Of a stretch of DNA of 64,000 bases, positions 28,923-39,410 are shown piece by piece (position 1 is the first letter of the stretch; each line of letters begins with the position of its first letter). A program made the position numbers and the translations under genes. A model generated the notes under the pieces. The model worked only from the letters and a program-made list of their open reading frames with translations, was not told the DNA's origin and ran no database searches. Source of the DNA: an uncultured cyanobacterium (GTDB taxonomy: Bacteria; Cyanobacteriota; Cyanobacteriia; Cyanobacteriales; CAWCAG01). Location: assembly GCA_963793425.1 (NCBI GenBank), contig CAWCAG010000005.1, positions 384,001 through 448,000 of the forward strand. The letters run 5' to 3'.

Positions 28923-30794
28923 TTACTTCATCTTCTCATTGGCAACATCCCACTCCGGCCCGTTTATAGTTTGCTGTAACTGCCACTTTGGGTAGCCAGG
29001 AATAGTGAGAGAAAGAATGCCGCTTTTTAATTGTTCTTGTACATAAGGACTATCTAAAACGGGTAAATTTTCTAGGACTCGTTCCTTGCCATTAATTTTC
29101 CCTTTACCAATCCCCCCTTCTTGGTTATAAATCAAAGATAGGCGATCGCTTTGAAGACTGGTATAAGTTAGCTTACCTAAATCATCCCAAGTACTATCCT
29201 CGATTTTGGTTTTATCCAAAGCTTTTTTTAAATCAGAGATATCACGATAATCAGCTACCCTAGCCACTTCAGTAATCCAAGCTGTCTGATTTCCTTCGGC
29301 TACTAGGGCTTGATAATCTTGGTACTTTTCTCCTAAGTTAGTGAGAGAAAAAACTGTTTCTCCCCAAGGGCGGGCGCAAAGCCAAGTATTTTCTATCTTC
29401 CAAATATACCAATCTCCGTAGCGTTGAGCCTTGCCGTAACGAAGGGGTAAAACTAATTGAGAGCGGTTAGGGACTCCTGCGGCTTTATCCTGGGGATTTA
29501 ACCACAATTGGTAGATAGTACTTCCTTTCTCCTGTAAGTATTGATCTCCGGGGCTACTGCCTTTTGCTAAGGGGCTAAAATAGGTTCCCCCCAAACTAAC
29601 CACAGCATTATCTATCCCATCAGGATCACGGATAACTAATTTGTAGGTGGCATACTGGGCATTAATTGTACCTTCTTTCCCATAAGAACGTTGAGGGTTG
29701 AGTAAAGTACCTAAACTATAATCCTGGGTGAGATAAAAGGTTTCTTGAAAAAAGTTGTCTTCGTGGTAACTATAATAACTCGGATGGCTAGCTGTTAAAG
29801 AAAATGGTAACGGGACTTCTTTACGGGCTAATTTGCTTAATTGTAAGGGAGGGCGATAATCGCTTAAAGCCGCAAAAAGAGCAACTCTAGCATATTTATC
29901 CTTCATGCTCTGAGCAACTTCTACCTCATTCCCCCACCAAACCCAAGCTAAAGCACTTAACTCGCTTTCATCCCAAGTTCCCCGATCAAAACCTCGACTT
30001 TCTGCCCCCCCTGCGGTTCCCCAACTGAGGCGCAAAGCGGTATTGGTGGCATACCAATCTAAAGTTGCTTTAGCTAGTTGTTTAAGTTCAGGAGTTTTCG
30101 CAAAATCATAGAGGTTAAGCAAACCACCAATGGAGTAACCATAATAGGTAGAAGAATGAAACTCTCCTTGCCCAATAGTGAGAAATTTATTCAACTCCGC
30201 CCGTAACCAAGCTTCATTGGTAACAGCTACGGCTGGATGTTGGTTAGTCCAACCGCTACCATCCATTAAAGCTAAACCAGAAATCCTTTGCATAAACATA
30301 TGATTTTCCGTTCCCTGTTCATTCCACTCTTTGATGCGAGGAGGGGATAACATACTTTGGTAAGCAGCTTTGATAGCTTCAGGCATGGTATCTCGAAACA
30401 AAAAGAAGATCCGAATATCGTAGGGACTACGAAAATGATATAAGTCTGGTTGTCCTTCTTCTAATTGCCGAAGAATCGGCCAAATTTCTTCGGGGTTATA
30501 CTTTTTCTCTAAACTGAGGCGGGCTAATATTACCGGAAGCAAGTATTTATGGGGTTCTTTTATATCTCTAGTTTGCCACCATTCATTTAATTCTTGTAAA
30601 TCCTCTGCGGCTACTTGTTCAATTACAGCTAAACTACGTTGTTGTATACCTGTTTCTTGTCCTTTTTTTGTAGATTCTATTTGCTGCTTGATAGGAGTAG
30701 TGACAGGATTATTTTGAGGCGTTTTTTCTTTAGCAGCACAACTTACTAGAGACAAAAAAGTAATGCAGAAAATGATTAAGGATTTATGCTTCAT
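28923..30794 (-). CDS. Lipoprotein, possible heparinase II/III-like polysaccharide lyase
   Basis: Lipobox LVSC; GTENH and GQGEFHSSTYY motifs; helical then beta-rich architecture. Confidence 0.45.
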   Translation of the reverse strand: MKHKSLIIFCITFLSLVSCAAKEKTPQNNPVTTPIKQQIESTKKGQETGIQQRSLAVIEQVAAEDLQELNEWWQTRDIKEPHKYLLPVILARLSLEKKYNPEEIWPILRQLEEGQPDLYHFRSPYDIRIFFLFRDTMPEAIKAAYQSMLSPPRIKEWNEQGTENHMFMQRISGLALMDGSGWTNQHPAVAVTNEAWLRAELNKFLTIGQGEFHSSTYYGYSIGGLLNLYDFAKTPELKQLAKATLDWYATNTALRLSWGTAGGAESRGFDRGTWDESELSALAWVWWGNEVEVAQSMKDKYARVALFAALSDYRPPLQLSKLARKEVPLPFSLTASHPSYYSYHEDNFFQETFYLTQDYSLGTLLNPQRSYGKEGTINAQYATYKLVIRDPDGIDNAVVSLGGTYFSPLAKGSSPGDQYLQEKGSTIYQLWLNPQDKAAGVPNRSQLVLPLRYGKAQRYGDWYIWKIENTWLCARPWGETVFSLTNLGEKYQDYQALVAEGNQTAWITEVARVADYRDISDLKKALDKTKIEDSTWDDLGKLTYTSLQSDRLSLIYNQEGGIGKGKINGKERVLENLPVLDSPYVQEQLKSGILSLTIPGYPKWQLQQTINGPEWDVANEKMK

Positions 30795-30901
30795 CAGTTT
30801 GTTTATCTCCTCTCTTAAACCACCAAAGTTAGCAGTATTAAACTTTGTAGTAGAAGGTTAGAGTTAGTAACCTTCTACAAGTTTATGAAAACAAGAAGGT
30901 A

Positions 30902-31033
30902 TTAACCACTCTCAAGAAGAATTTTCCTTTTTGCATAGAACTCCTGGGGAGTCACAATTAAGTTGCAAGAGCCATAAAGTAGGATAATTTTTCTCTCTCT
31001 TTCTTCTAGCGAACGTTGTTTTTTTTTTGGCAT
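30902..31033 (-). pseudogene. Truncated cyanobacterial small HTH protein
   Basis: MPKKKQRSLEERERKIILLYGSCNLIVTPQEFYAK.. resembles the N-terminus of the LYxxCxLxMTPQxFYAKW family but stops before the HTH; absent from the ORF track. Confidence 0.55.
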
Positions 31034-31058
31034 AATTTATTTAGCTCAAACGAGTTTT

Positions 31059-31093
31059 ACCCGTGCAGTTAAGGTTGGAAGCCCTGCACGGGT
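31059..31093. promoter_or_regulatory. GC-rich inverted repeat between divergent small regulators
   Basis: acccgtgcag-ttaaggttggaagcc-ctgcacgggt. Confidence 0.6.
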
Positions 31094-31198
31094 TTTGTTT
31101 TTCGAGCATAACACAAAATAGTACTGTACCCAACAGTATCAAAAAAGATGATACAGAACTAGCTTATATTTACAGTATGTTTAGTTATATAGGCTGCC

Positions 31199-31399
31199 GT
31201 GGCACAGAAAAGAGAAGGGCAAGAAATAGTAGTCTTCTATGCTCCTGAAGGATTAAAGGAGAAGTACAAGAGAGTATGTTCAATCAAGGGAACTTCTATG
31301 ACTGGAGATTTAGTAGCTTATATGGAAAAACAGATTGAGCAAAATGAAGAGCTAGTGGATATAGTTGAGAGAAGATTAAATGAAGATAAGAACTCTTAG
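31199..31399 (+). CDS. Small ribbon-helix-helix (ParG/CopG-like) DNA-binding protein
   Basis: Beta strand IVVFYAP then helices LKEKYKRVC..GTSMTGDLVAYM. Confidence 0.6.
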   Translation: MAQKREGQEIVVFYAPEGLKEKYKRVCSIKGTSMTGDLVAYMEKQIEQNEELVDIVERRLNEDKNS

Positions 31400-31446
31400 A
31401 AGCTAGACAAATTGGCAGAATGAGCTTTTCACAAAAAGGGCTTAAT

Positions 31447-31830
31447 TCAATAATAAATCGCAAGTTCTACTTCAAATTCAGTTTGAGAAAATGATTCAAT
31501 AACGTAACCCTCAGAATCACGTCGAACAATAGGTTTACTTTCAGTAATTGATTGTCTTGGTTTACCAATTACGATAAGATCTGATCTGGCAATCATCTCC
31601 TCCAAATCTTCTGGTAGAATAGCATCTCCTAGTGTTCTTCTAACTTCCAAGCCCTCGATAATTTCAATACCGGCAACTGGTTCTTCGGAAATTTCAGTAC
31701 TAGCAACTGATTTTTCAGGACTCTGTGCTGTAGAATTATTTGTATTGTTGACAATGACTAGACCCGCAACAGATACCGCGATCACTGCAATAGTTGTTAA
31801 ATAAATTCTCTTTTTCATCAGTTCCCCCAT
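31447..31830 (-). CDS. Secreted or membrane-anchored hypothetical protein, possibly truncated
   Basis: N-terminal signal/TM; LEEMIARSDLIVIGK motif; overlaps the stop of the upstream protease gene. Confidence 0.55.
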   Translation of the reverse strand: MGELMKKRIYLTTIAVIAVSVAGLVIVNNTNNSTAQSPEKSVASTEISEEPVAGIEIIEGLEVRRTLGDAILPEDLEEMIARSDLIVIGKPRQSITESKPIVRRDSEGYVIESFSQTEFEVELAIYY

Positions 31831-32390
31831 TTGGCTTGCAAATTCGCTCTATCGTATGCCTGTACACCAAAATTAGATCGCCCTTGCCTCATGACCGCCG
31901 CAGCAGAGCCACCAATAACATGAGCAAGGGACAAACTATGTCCAAACTCATGTATGAATGTTTTTATACGTTGAGTACTAGTGTAATTATATGATGCCAT
32001 AATGTTCTCATATCCGATTACTCTAGCACTAGTCCATGTATTGTTGAGACAGTCAGCAGCACCTGACCCAGCAGAACAATATGGTGTCATTCGTCCACCA
32101 ACATTAAGGTCTGTACCTGTTTCTACTCGAGCATTCACGGTATAGCTTCCAGACGTAACTCTGGTTAGGGAAACTTGACTACTAATTCCGTTCCACTGCG
32201 CTGCTGCTGGGATAACATAGGCATTGGCATATGAACTTGTCATGTTGGAATATATCCAACGGTATGAGCTTACCGATGAAAAACCACCCGAAAAGTATTC
32301 ACCAAGTGCAAATGCAGGTTTTCCAGTCCATAACCCTGACAGTGTCGCTACCAAGGCAAATCCCAGTTTTACACTTTTGTCACTATTCAT
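31818..32390 (-). CDS. Secreted zinc metalloprotease (matrixin/M10-like metzincin)
   Basis: Signal peptide ending AFA; HEFGHSLSLAH zinc motif with a Met-turn (AVM). Confidence 0.8.
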   Translation of the reverse strand: MNSDKSVKLGFALVATLSGLWTGKPAFALGEYFSGGFSSVSSYRWIYSNMTSSYANAYVIPAAAQWNGISSQVSLTRVTSGSYTVNARVETGTDLNVGGRMTPYCSAGSGAADCLNNTWTSARVIGYENIMASYNYTSTQRIKTFIHEFGHSLSLAHVIGGSAAAVMRQGRSNFGVQAYDRANLQAKWGN

Positions 32391-32629
32391 AATTTGTACT
32401 CAAAATTATTTCTGTAGATGCGTCTATTTCTAATAGAAACTCTCTCATTGCATGAATAACTGAAGAATAGTAATTCTTAACTAAAGAACATACAAGTCAA
32501 TACTTTTTGAGTAAAAAATTATAACAAAGTAGAAACAAAAACTGCCTCCCATTCCCTCTGCTGTTTCACTGAGGTTCACCGTTATTACTTTTAGCAATAC
32601 TAGTAAGAACAATTTGACAAAAGAAATTT

Positions 32630-34510
32630 TCAATAATAAATTGCTGCCCCTTTAACCTGGTGAATCTTCTTTCTCAACTGAAAATTATGACCAGAAAAAA
32701 TAATTACCTTAAAATCTTGAGAAAAGTTGAGTTCAGTTTTAATCTTGGCTGCAAATTGTTCATCATGTTGATAACTTTCTCCTCTGCCTCTAACAAATTG
32801 CCGACTAATGCCTAAAATATAGAAGGGCTTGTTAGGAAAATCCTTTACTTGTTTACGAACTAAATAAGCTGTTTTAACTTCCGCCAATGTCCCTAATTGT
32901 TCTGATAACTGTCTTATTTCGGCTTGCGGCAAGAGATGAGGCAGAAATTCATCTTTATCAGTGATTAATTGTCTTTTTTTAATAGCTTTTTGCCAAGACA
33001 ATCCTTCTTCGTTGCCTTGTTTGAGCAAGTTCTCAGCCGTTTCTACTTGACTTAATTGCTGATAATAACGAGAGAGGAGATGGTAACTTATTTGGGCAAG
33101 AGCTGGATCTAATTGAATAGCTTGTTTTAGATATTTAATGCCTTGGGAATCTTGATTTGCCAAATAAATTCTGCCTAATTGATAATTAGCAGAAGAGTGA
33201 GAGCGATCACGCTTCAGAATATCTTGATAAAGAGTGATAGCTTTTTCTTCATTTTGAAAAATTTCTGTTAAATAAGCCACCTTGTAACTCTCTTCTATTG
33301 TTAAACTTCTTACCGCCGCTTTTTCTAACAAATAAGTGAAATTCTCTTTTTGTTGTTGCCCTTTAAAATAAAGTTGTTGCCACTCTTTGGCTACTTCTTG
33401 ACACCACATCTGGTCTAAAGCGGTAGCAAATTCCTCTAAGCGATCACCAAACAAATAACTTGCACACCCTTGCTTATTTAATTGCGGCAAACTTTGCCAG
33501 TTAATCTGATAATCAAGGCGTTCAAGACGTTCTCTCAAACAAGGATGAGTATCTTCCTTATCTGTCTGTTTAACTAAAGCTAAGTTAATAGCTACAGTTG
33601 CATTTTCAGTTATTTCCTTCCCTGCAACTTCTTTTAATAGCTGAGATATAGTATCTTCGGGAGGACTAGCTTGCTTCGCCGCTTCTTGATAGATTTTAGT
33701 CCAAAAAAATTCTTGCAGAAAATAGTTTTTGATATTGAGATTAATTAGTGCCTCTGCTTTAAATTCACTTCCTACCCAATTCGCCGCACAACTATCAGCA
33801 TAATATTCATTTTCTCTAGCCAAGGCGAAACTATAGGATTGAAAAAAAGGACTATACCAATTAAAAAACCAGGTATAAGGAGAAAAAAATCTCTGGGACG
33901 ATTGCTGGTGCTTTTCAGCTAAAGTAGACCAAATTCTGCGGAGGCGATAAATCCAGCTAGAAAAGCGACTATGATTCCCTGATAAGTGAGCTAATTCATG
34001 GGCAACAACGGCCTCAAACTGCTCCAAAGAAAGTGCCTGCATTAAGGGCAAACCTAAGATTAAATAATTTTCTGATGCCCCAAAGAAGCCAAATCTTGGT
34101 CTTTGCAAAACCCCAGCATTCATGTTGCCATCTAAAATAATATGCTGAAACTCAGGGGCTTTTAAACTTGTCGTCAACTCGTCTATTAAATTAAATAAAT
34201 TAGGAACTTGCTCTCTGGTTATATCTATTCCTTTTGGTTTAGGTATGTTGATTATAAATAAGCGTAGTGTACTCAAAGAAACCAAAAAAGTTAGCCAATT
34301 TATTTGACTAGCCATACTAGGTGAACTAGTGGCAATAATTAATTCTCTCAAGCCACAAAGTAGAGATAAAATAAAACAGAAACTAAAAATAATGTAGCCG
34401 TAACCTAAAGCTGCTAACAAGCCAACCCGAAACTTATAGTTACCAGGTTGTTTAATAAATAATCTTTCAACTTTTTCTAGTGAAGTCGTAAACCTTTTTT
34501 CATTGCTCAT
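32630..34510 (-). CDS. M48 family membrane metallopeptidase with TPR
   Basis: AHELAH, EYYAD and THPCLRERL motifs; TPR helices. Confidence 0.85.
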   Translation of the reverse strand: MSNEKRFTTSLEKVERLFIKQPGNYKFRVGLLAALGYGYIIFSFCFILSLLCGLRELIIATSSPSMASQINWLTFLVSLSTLRLFIINIPKPKGIDITREQVPNLFNLIDELTTSLKAPEFQHIILDGNMNAGVLQRPRFGFFGASENYLILGLPLMQALSLEQFEAVVAHELAHLSGNHSRFSSWIYRLRRIWSTLAEKHQQSSQRFFSPYTWFFNWYSPFFQSYSFALARENEYYADSCAANWVGSEFKAEALINLNIKNYFLQEFFWTKIYQEAAKQASPPEDTISQLLKEVAGKEITENATVAINLALVKQTDKEDTHPCLRERLERLDYQINWQSLPQLNKQGCASYLFGDRLEEFATALDQMWCQEVAKEWQQLYFKGQQQKENFTYLLEKAAVRSLTIEESYKVAYLTEIFQNEEKAITLYQDILKRDRSHSSANYQLGRIYLANQDSQGIKYLKQAIQLDPALAQISYHLLSRYYQQLSQVETAENLLKQGNEEGLSWQKAIKKRQLITDKDEFLPHLLPQAEIRQLSEQLGTLAEVKTAYLVRKQVKDFPNKPFYILGISRQFVRGRGESYQHDEQFAAKIKTELNFSQDFKVIIFSGHNFQLRKKIHQVKGAAIYY

Positions 34511-34594
34511 TGTTAGTGTCAGCCTTACTCCCTGGCCACGTTAAATATTTATCAATATTTTCTAGTTAGTAAGCTGTTAGATATTATAATTTAG

Positions 34595-35014
34595 CTAAAA
34601 TAACTGACCACCTCGGAAACGCCAACGAGGGAAGACAATTCGCATCAAAGATTGGGAGGCTAGATAAACTCCTAGCCAAACTGCACTGTAATGACAAATA
34701 AACCAGAATAAATCAAATTTCTGGTTTGATACTCCTGGTAAGCCAATAGTTTTGATTAATCCTAATATAAATAAAGCTTCCCAAATTCCTGCTAAAAGTT
34801 GAAAAGCACCCGGCCAATCTCGGTCCCAACGAAACTTTTGGATATACATATAAAGTAGATCCCAAGCTATACCAAACAAAGCGACATATAACAGAATACA
34901 AAAGAAGAGACTATCCCCATTTTTAACAACATAGAAAAATAGGGTGATCAAACTACCAATAGTAGCTAGAAGAAAGATACGAGTTTGCCAACGACCAAAC
35001 AAAGTAGGAGTCAT
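34595..35014 (-). CDS. Conserved hypothetical membrane protein
   Basis: MTPTLFGRWQTR, RWDRDWP and FPRWRFRGG; four hydrophobic segments. Confidence 0.7.
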   Translation of the reverse strand: MTPTLFGRWQTRIFLLATIGSLITLFFYVVKNGDSLFFCILLYVALFGIAWDLLYMYIQKFRWDRDWPGAFQLLAGIWEALFILGLIKTIGLPGVSNQKFDLFWFICHYSAVWLGVYLASQSLMRIVFPRWRFRGGQLF

Positions 35015-35051
35015 AGTTATATTAGGATTAATCTTTAACTAAGCTAAAAAG

Positions 35052-35942
35052 ATGAATAAATATATTGTTATCACAACCATAGCAGGAACTTTTTGCTTAA
35101 CTGCCCTTGCCCCTCAAAAGAGTTTTGCTGGTACTCTTTACCAAGGCTGGAACTATGCCCTAGATTCCTTTAATGATGGCGTTAGCGGTGATATTATCGG
35201 GCCTCAAGGGGCTTTTGAATTTTATAGTCTTGCTATTAAAGAAGAAGACAATAACCTTTTTATTGCTCTCAATGCCAATTTACCCTTAACAGGAGATCCT
35301 AACCCTAATGTTACCAACGGTAGTATTGCTTGGGGGGATTTATTTTTTAATTTCTCTGGTCAAAATTTCTTGAGTGCTAGTGACAATAACCAGCTATTTG
35401 CTGTGCGTTTTTCTGCGGCTAATGACTCTACTGTTCCAGAATTAGGAGTTTATCAAAACGTTACAGCTAAAAGTGTTACCACTGAAAACTCTGGCTTTAT
35501 CAGCTTAGAACAGTATAACAACACCGTAACTAATGGCGGTGGCGTAGCAACAATGGCAGATTTGGCAATTAATAACCCTTATTGGGAATATACAGGCTCT
35601 AATAATATTCTCAATTCTATTGCCACAGGAGAAAAGATTGGCGAAATAAATTTCCTCGATAGTGCAACTCAAACATTGTTAGGACTAGATTTTGCTCATT
35701 TTAATGCTGCTGGTTCCCATACCATCGCTTTTAGCGCCTCTAAAGACTTGTTTCCTTCAGGTGACTTTATTGCCCATGTATTGGCTGAATGCGCCAACGA
35801 TGGTATGGCTTTGCAGGGGCAGCTAGCAACCCAACCGCTACCGGAGGAAGAGAGTAAGGATGTACCGGAATCATCTACCCCCATAAGCCTTCTTGGTTTA
35901 GGGCTAGTAATATTAAACAGGGGACTGAGGAAAGAACCATAA
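35052..35942 (+). CDS. PEP-CTERM surface protein (XDD3-like)
   Basis: Signal peptide; GWNYALDSFNDG and ECANDG; VPESS-TM-basic tail. Confidence 0.75.
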   Translation: MNKYIVITTIAGTFCLTALAPQKSFAGTLYQGWNYALDSFNDGVSGDIIGPQGAFEFYSLAIKEEDNNLFIALNANLPLTGDPNPNVTNGSIAWGDLFFNFSGQNFLSASDNNQLFAVRFSAANDSTVPELGVYQNVTAKSVTTENSGFISLEQYNNTVTNGGGVATMADLAINNPYWEYTGSNNILNSIATGEKIGEINFLDSATQTLLGLDFAHFNAAGSHTIAFSASKDLFPSGDFIAHVLAECANDGMALQGQLATQPLPEEESKDVPESSTPISLLGLGLVILNRGLRKEP

Positions 35943-36005
35943 AATCTTGGTAACAAACTAAACCCTAGGTTAAGTTGGAGGGTAAGTTTAAAAAAATAAT
36001 CAATT

Positions 36006-36704
36006 ATGTTAAGAATAATCACTGATTTCGATGGTCCAATTATGGATGTATCGGAGCGTTATTATCAGGTTTACCAGTTATGTTTAGAAAAAGCTAAGGA
36101 TTCTCAACAGCCAATTAAAGTTCTATCTAAGCAAGAATTTTGGCGACTGAAGCGATCGCGAGTCCCGGAAAGAGAAATTGGCAAAATATCTGGTTTATAT
36201 AGTGAACAGGCGAAAATATTTGCTCGTTTGCGCCGGGAGACTGTTCATAGCTTACCTTATCTCGTTTACGACCAACCAGTTCCGGGGGCGATCGCTACCT
36301 TAGAAAAAATCCAAAAAACCCAAGCCGATCTCCTCGTGATGACAATGCGTCGTGACGGAGAACTAGAAGATGCTTTTAACCGCTATAACTTAAGAAGATT
36401 TTTTCCTGCTGAACGTTGTTACTGCTTACCGCAAGACTACGTGAAAGAGACAGATATCAAAGACAAAACAAAACTAATGGCCAAAGCCTTAGCAGAACTT
36501 CCTGAAGCCTCGGCCAGTTGGATGATTGGGGATACAGAAGCTGATATGATTGCTGCGAAAACTCATCAAATCAAATCCATAGCTGTTTTATCAGGAATCC
36601 GCGATCGCCCTCAACTAGAAAAATATCAACCTAACTTTATTGTTAACAACCTCAGCGAAGCAGTGGAACTAGTTTGGCAAGAATCCTTACAAACCGTTAG
36701 TTAA
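36006..36704 (+). CDS. HAD family hydrolase
   Basis: DFDGPI motif I and IGDTEAD motif IV. Confidence 0.88.
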   Translation: MLRIITDFDGPIMDVSERYYQVYQLCLEKAKDSQQPIKVLSKQEFWRLKRSRVPEREIGKISGLYSEQAKIFARLRRETVHSLPYLVYDQPVPGAIATLEKIQKTQADLLVMTMRRDGELEDAFNRYNLRRFFPAERCYCLPQDYVKETDIKDKTKLMAKALAELPEASASWMIGDTEADMIAAKTHQIKSIAVLSGIRDRPQLEKYQPNFIVNNLSEAVELVWQESLQTVS

Positions 36705-37336
36705 CGTAGAAAAGAACTAATTAGCCAGAAAATAACAAAAGTTACTACGGCACTAAAATCTAGTTGAGTGAAACTTTGACCAGTCCAATTCAAGATACCA
36801 TTTTGTAAATCTAGACCACTAGCCAAAGAACTGCCTAAGCCTACTCCTAAAATCAAGCCAATTAAAGTTAACAGCATTGAGCGTCCTAAACGATGCTCTT
36901 TACGATTAAGGAAGTAAACATTAGCCCCTAAGCCGAAAGCTATAAATAGGGGTAAAACGGAAACTTCTTGGGAAATAACTGTCAAAACAATTAATAGCGA
37001 AAATACGCCCCCAGACCAGAGAATATCTTCTCGCGAAGGGGTATCAAGCAATTGTTGTACCCAGGAAGGAGAACTATTAGCAGGAGCATTACTTAAGCTC
37101 GGTGGTGCTTCAACATTACGTTCCGGGAAGCGGATACCTTCTGGCACCTTAATCTTTCCTTCCTGGCGCATTTTCAGCCGATCCATAATAATTGCATCAT
37201 AAGCACTTTCAATACTTCCCAAAATTTTCCTGTCACCTTTATGCTGCTTGCTTAAGCGCGTTTTGGCTTCCTGGATTTCTTCAAAGGAAGCGTCTTCGGT
37301 GACTCCAAGCTGTTCATAGACATTTTGTTCACTCAT
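36701..37336 (-). CDS. CPP1-like (J-like domain) membrane protein
   Basis: YEQLGVTEDASFEEIQ and IESAYDAIIMDRLKMRQEGKI followed by TM helices. Confidence 0.85.
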   Translation of the reverse strand: MSEQNVYEQLGVTEDASFEEIQEAKTRLSKQHKGDRKILGSIESAYDAIIMDRLKMRQEGKIKVPEGIRFPERNVEAPPSLSNAPANSSPSWVQQLLDTPSREDILWSGGVFSLLIVLTVISQEVSVLPLFIAFGLGANVYFLNRKEHRLGRSMLLTLIGLILGVGLGSSLASGLDLQNGILNWTGQSFTQLDFSAVVTFVIFWLISSFLR

Positions 37337-37857
37337 GTAAAACCTCCTTTGATATCTCCTTTCCTTATAGCTTTCTCGTGCAAAGTTTAAACTAGTTATA
37401 GTCCATAGCACCAGAGAATTAGGATGCTTTCCCAGTTTAAGAGATAATTCTTAAAGATAAGCAAATCTTTATTTTCCCTTGAGCTAGTTTATCCTGAACT
37501 ACGAGGTACTGGCAGCATTTCTTAAACAATACTTTTATCTAGGACTTCTAGAGAAACCTAGCCCTTATTCTAGTTGATTAGGAAGTAAGCAGTTAGATTG
37601 GAGGTGTTTATTTTCTTCAGTAAAAAGGCAAACTTGATGAGTAACTCTCGCCATGCAACTAAAGCACTGTCCTATTGCACCTCAGCTTAGAATATGTTTT
37701 AGAGCAATATCAATGCTGAGGATAGGAGTTAAACAGTTTATTCTGATTTAATTAAGGTCTGCTTAGATAGTCATCTAAAATGCTCTTAAAATAGTGCCTC
37801 CCTATTCTCTCAAATCTCAGGCTACAGTCCCTAAGCCAATTTGTACGACATTATGTT

Positions 37858-38550
37858 ATGAGTCCTGATAAGATTCTTGTAGTAGACGACGATCCCGCAA
37901 TTAGAAACCTGATTTTCCGTTTTCTTGGCCACAAAGACTACCAAATGGAGTCTGCTGGGGATGGGAAATCAGCCCTAGATAAGTTTGACAAGTTTAATCC
38001 TGATCTAGTTGTCTTGGATGTTAATTTGCCCGATGCTAATGGTTACAATCTCTGTGAACAGATGCAGAGACACACAGATGTATTTGTCCTCTTTTTAACT
38101 AGTCGCGATGAGCCTTCAGCTAAAAGAGAAGGTTTCAGCAAAGGAGGAGATGATTATTTAACCAAACCTTTTGATTTACAGGAGTTAGAAGACAGAGTTA
38201 GAGCAATATTAAAGCGCAAGCGCCTAGTAACGCCGACGGAAAAACCTAGTCTTGTTTTTGGTGATTTGGTTATTAACCCAGAACGAAGGGAAATAAAAGT
38301 TAATCAAGAATTTATTACCCTGACGGCTTTGGAATTTGATTTATTACTATTCTTGGCTAGTCATCCTGGTCGTGTTTGGCGGCGGCGCGAACTTATTGAA
38401 CAGGTCTGGGATTATGATCATGTAGGAGATGAGAGAGTGGTAGATGTACACATTGGGAGCATCCGCAAAAAAATTGAAACTCACTCTGATAAGAAATCTT
38501 TGATTCAAACTATCAGAGGTGTAGGCTACAGATTTGAAACCTCTGTATAG
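37858..38550 (+). CDS. OmpR family response regulator
   Basis: Receiver (VDDD, DVNLP, KPF) plus winged helix (VDVHIGSIRKK, TIRGVGY). Confidence 0.93.
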   Translation: MSPDKILVVDDDPAIRNLIFRFLGHKDYQMESAGDGKSALDKFDKFNPDLVVLDVNLPDANGYNLCEQMQRHTDVFVLFLTSRDEPSAKREGFSKGGDDYLTKPFDLQELEDRVRAILKRKRLVTPTEKPSLVFGDLVINPERREIKVNQEFITLTALEFDLLLFLASHPGRVWRRRELIEQVWDYDHVGDERVVDVHIGSIRKKIETHSDKKSLIQTIRGVGYRFETSV

Positions 38551-38593
38551 TCTCAATTGAACCCCAAAAGAGAACTCCTTGGGTGTGTATCTA

Positions 38594-38869
38594 CTAACTC
38601 GATGATTTAGTCTCTGTCTCCTCAGTTTTCTGAGTAGCTATAGTCTGGGATTTTTCTGGCTCTAATTGAGCATTCATCTTCACCGCCTCTTCTATTTGTT
38701 CAGCTTCTTTTTTAAATTCGTCTTGAAACTCTCTAGAAGCTTCTTGAAAACCTTTGAGAGCCTTGCCTAAACTGCGGCCAATTTCTGGTAACTTTTTAGG
38801 CCCAAAAATCAATAGTGCTACGACTAAAATTAAAGCCATTTCCGGCAAACCCATACCAAATATGTTCAT
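38594..38869 (-). CDS. tatA: Twin-arginine translocase TatA
   Basis: MNIFGMGLPEMALILVVALLIFGPKKLPEIGRSLG. Confidence 0.93.
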   Translation of the reverse strand: MNIFGMGLPEMALILVVALLIFGPKKLPEIGRSLGKALKGFQEASREFQDEFKKEAEQIEEAVKMNAQLEPEKSQTIATQKTEETETKSSS

Positions 38870-38921
38870 AATAGTTCTTTTGCTAGTAGTTATAGATTGT
38901 TGATTATTGATTATAAAGTAC

Positions 38922-38944
38922 AAAAAAACCCGGACAAGCCGGGG
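38922..38944 (-). terminator. Intrinsic terminator after psbH
   Basis: Minus strand cccgg-cttgt-ccggg stem followed by a T run. Confidence 0.7.
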
Positions 38945-38986
38945 AATTTAGTTTTTCTTTCTCTTGAGTAGAGAAATAACCCAAAA

Positions 38987-39181
38987 TTATTGAGTCCAGT
39001 TAACGTCAAATCCATTGAGGATTAAGGAAGAATTGTAAATCTGTAAAATGATTAACAAGAAAACGAAAAATAAGAGCATGAAAACTGCCATTAATGGTGT
39101 CGTTCCCCAACCGGGTACGACTTTACCATACTCAGAGTTTAAAGGTTTGAGAACATCTCCCAAACGAGTGCGTTGTACCAT
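38987..39181 (-). CDS. psbH: Photosystem II protein PsbH
   Basis: [21 protein letters not shown]. Confidence 0.97.
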   Translation of the reverse strand: MVQRTRLGDVLKPLNSEYGKVVPGWGTTPLMAVFMLLFFVFLLIILQIYNSSLILNGFDVNWTQ

Positions 39182-39278
39182 AATTCACCAATTATGAATC
39201 TAATCTATTTTTTGTAATGTTCTGTAATATTATAGAGGGAAGAGGAATAATAATTTATTAAGAAATTTGTTTACGAAT

Positions 39279-39410
39279 ATGGAACAAGCAACAGTTCTTA
39301 GCATAAGCATAGCCGTAGTATTTGTAGCTATCACAGCTTTTGCCATCTACACAGCTTTTGGCCCTCCTTCTGGAGAACTGAGCGATCCTTTTGAAGATCA
39401 TGAAGATTAA
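39279..39410 (+). CDS. psbN: PsbN (43 aa, absent from the ORF track)
   Basis: MEQATVLSISIAVVFVAITAFAIYTAFGPPSGELSDPFEDHED; divergent from psbH. Confidence 0.95.
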   Translation: MEQATVLSISIAVVFVAITAFAIYTAFGPPSGELSDPFEDHED

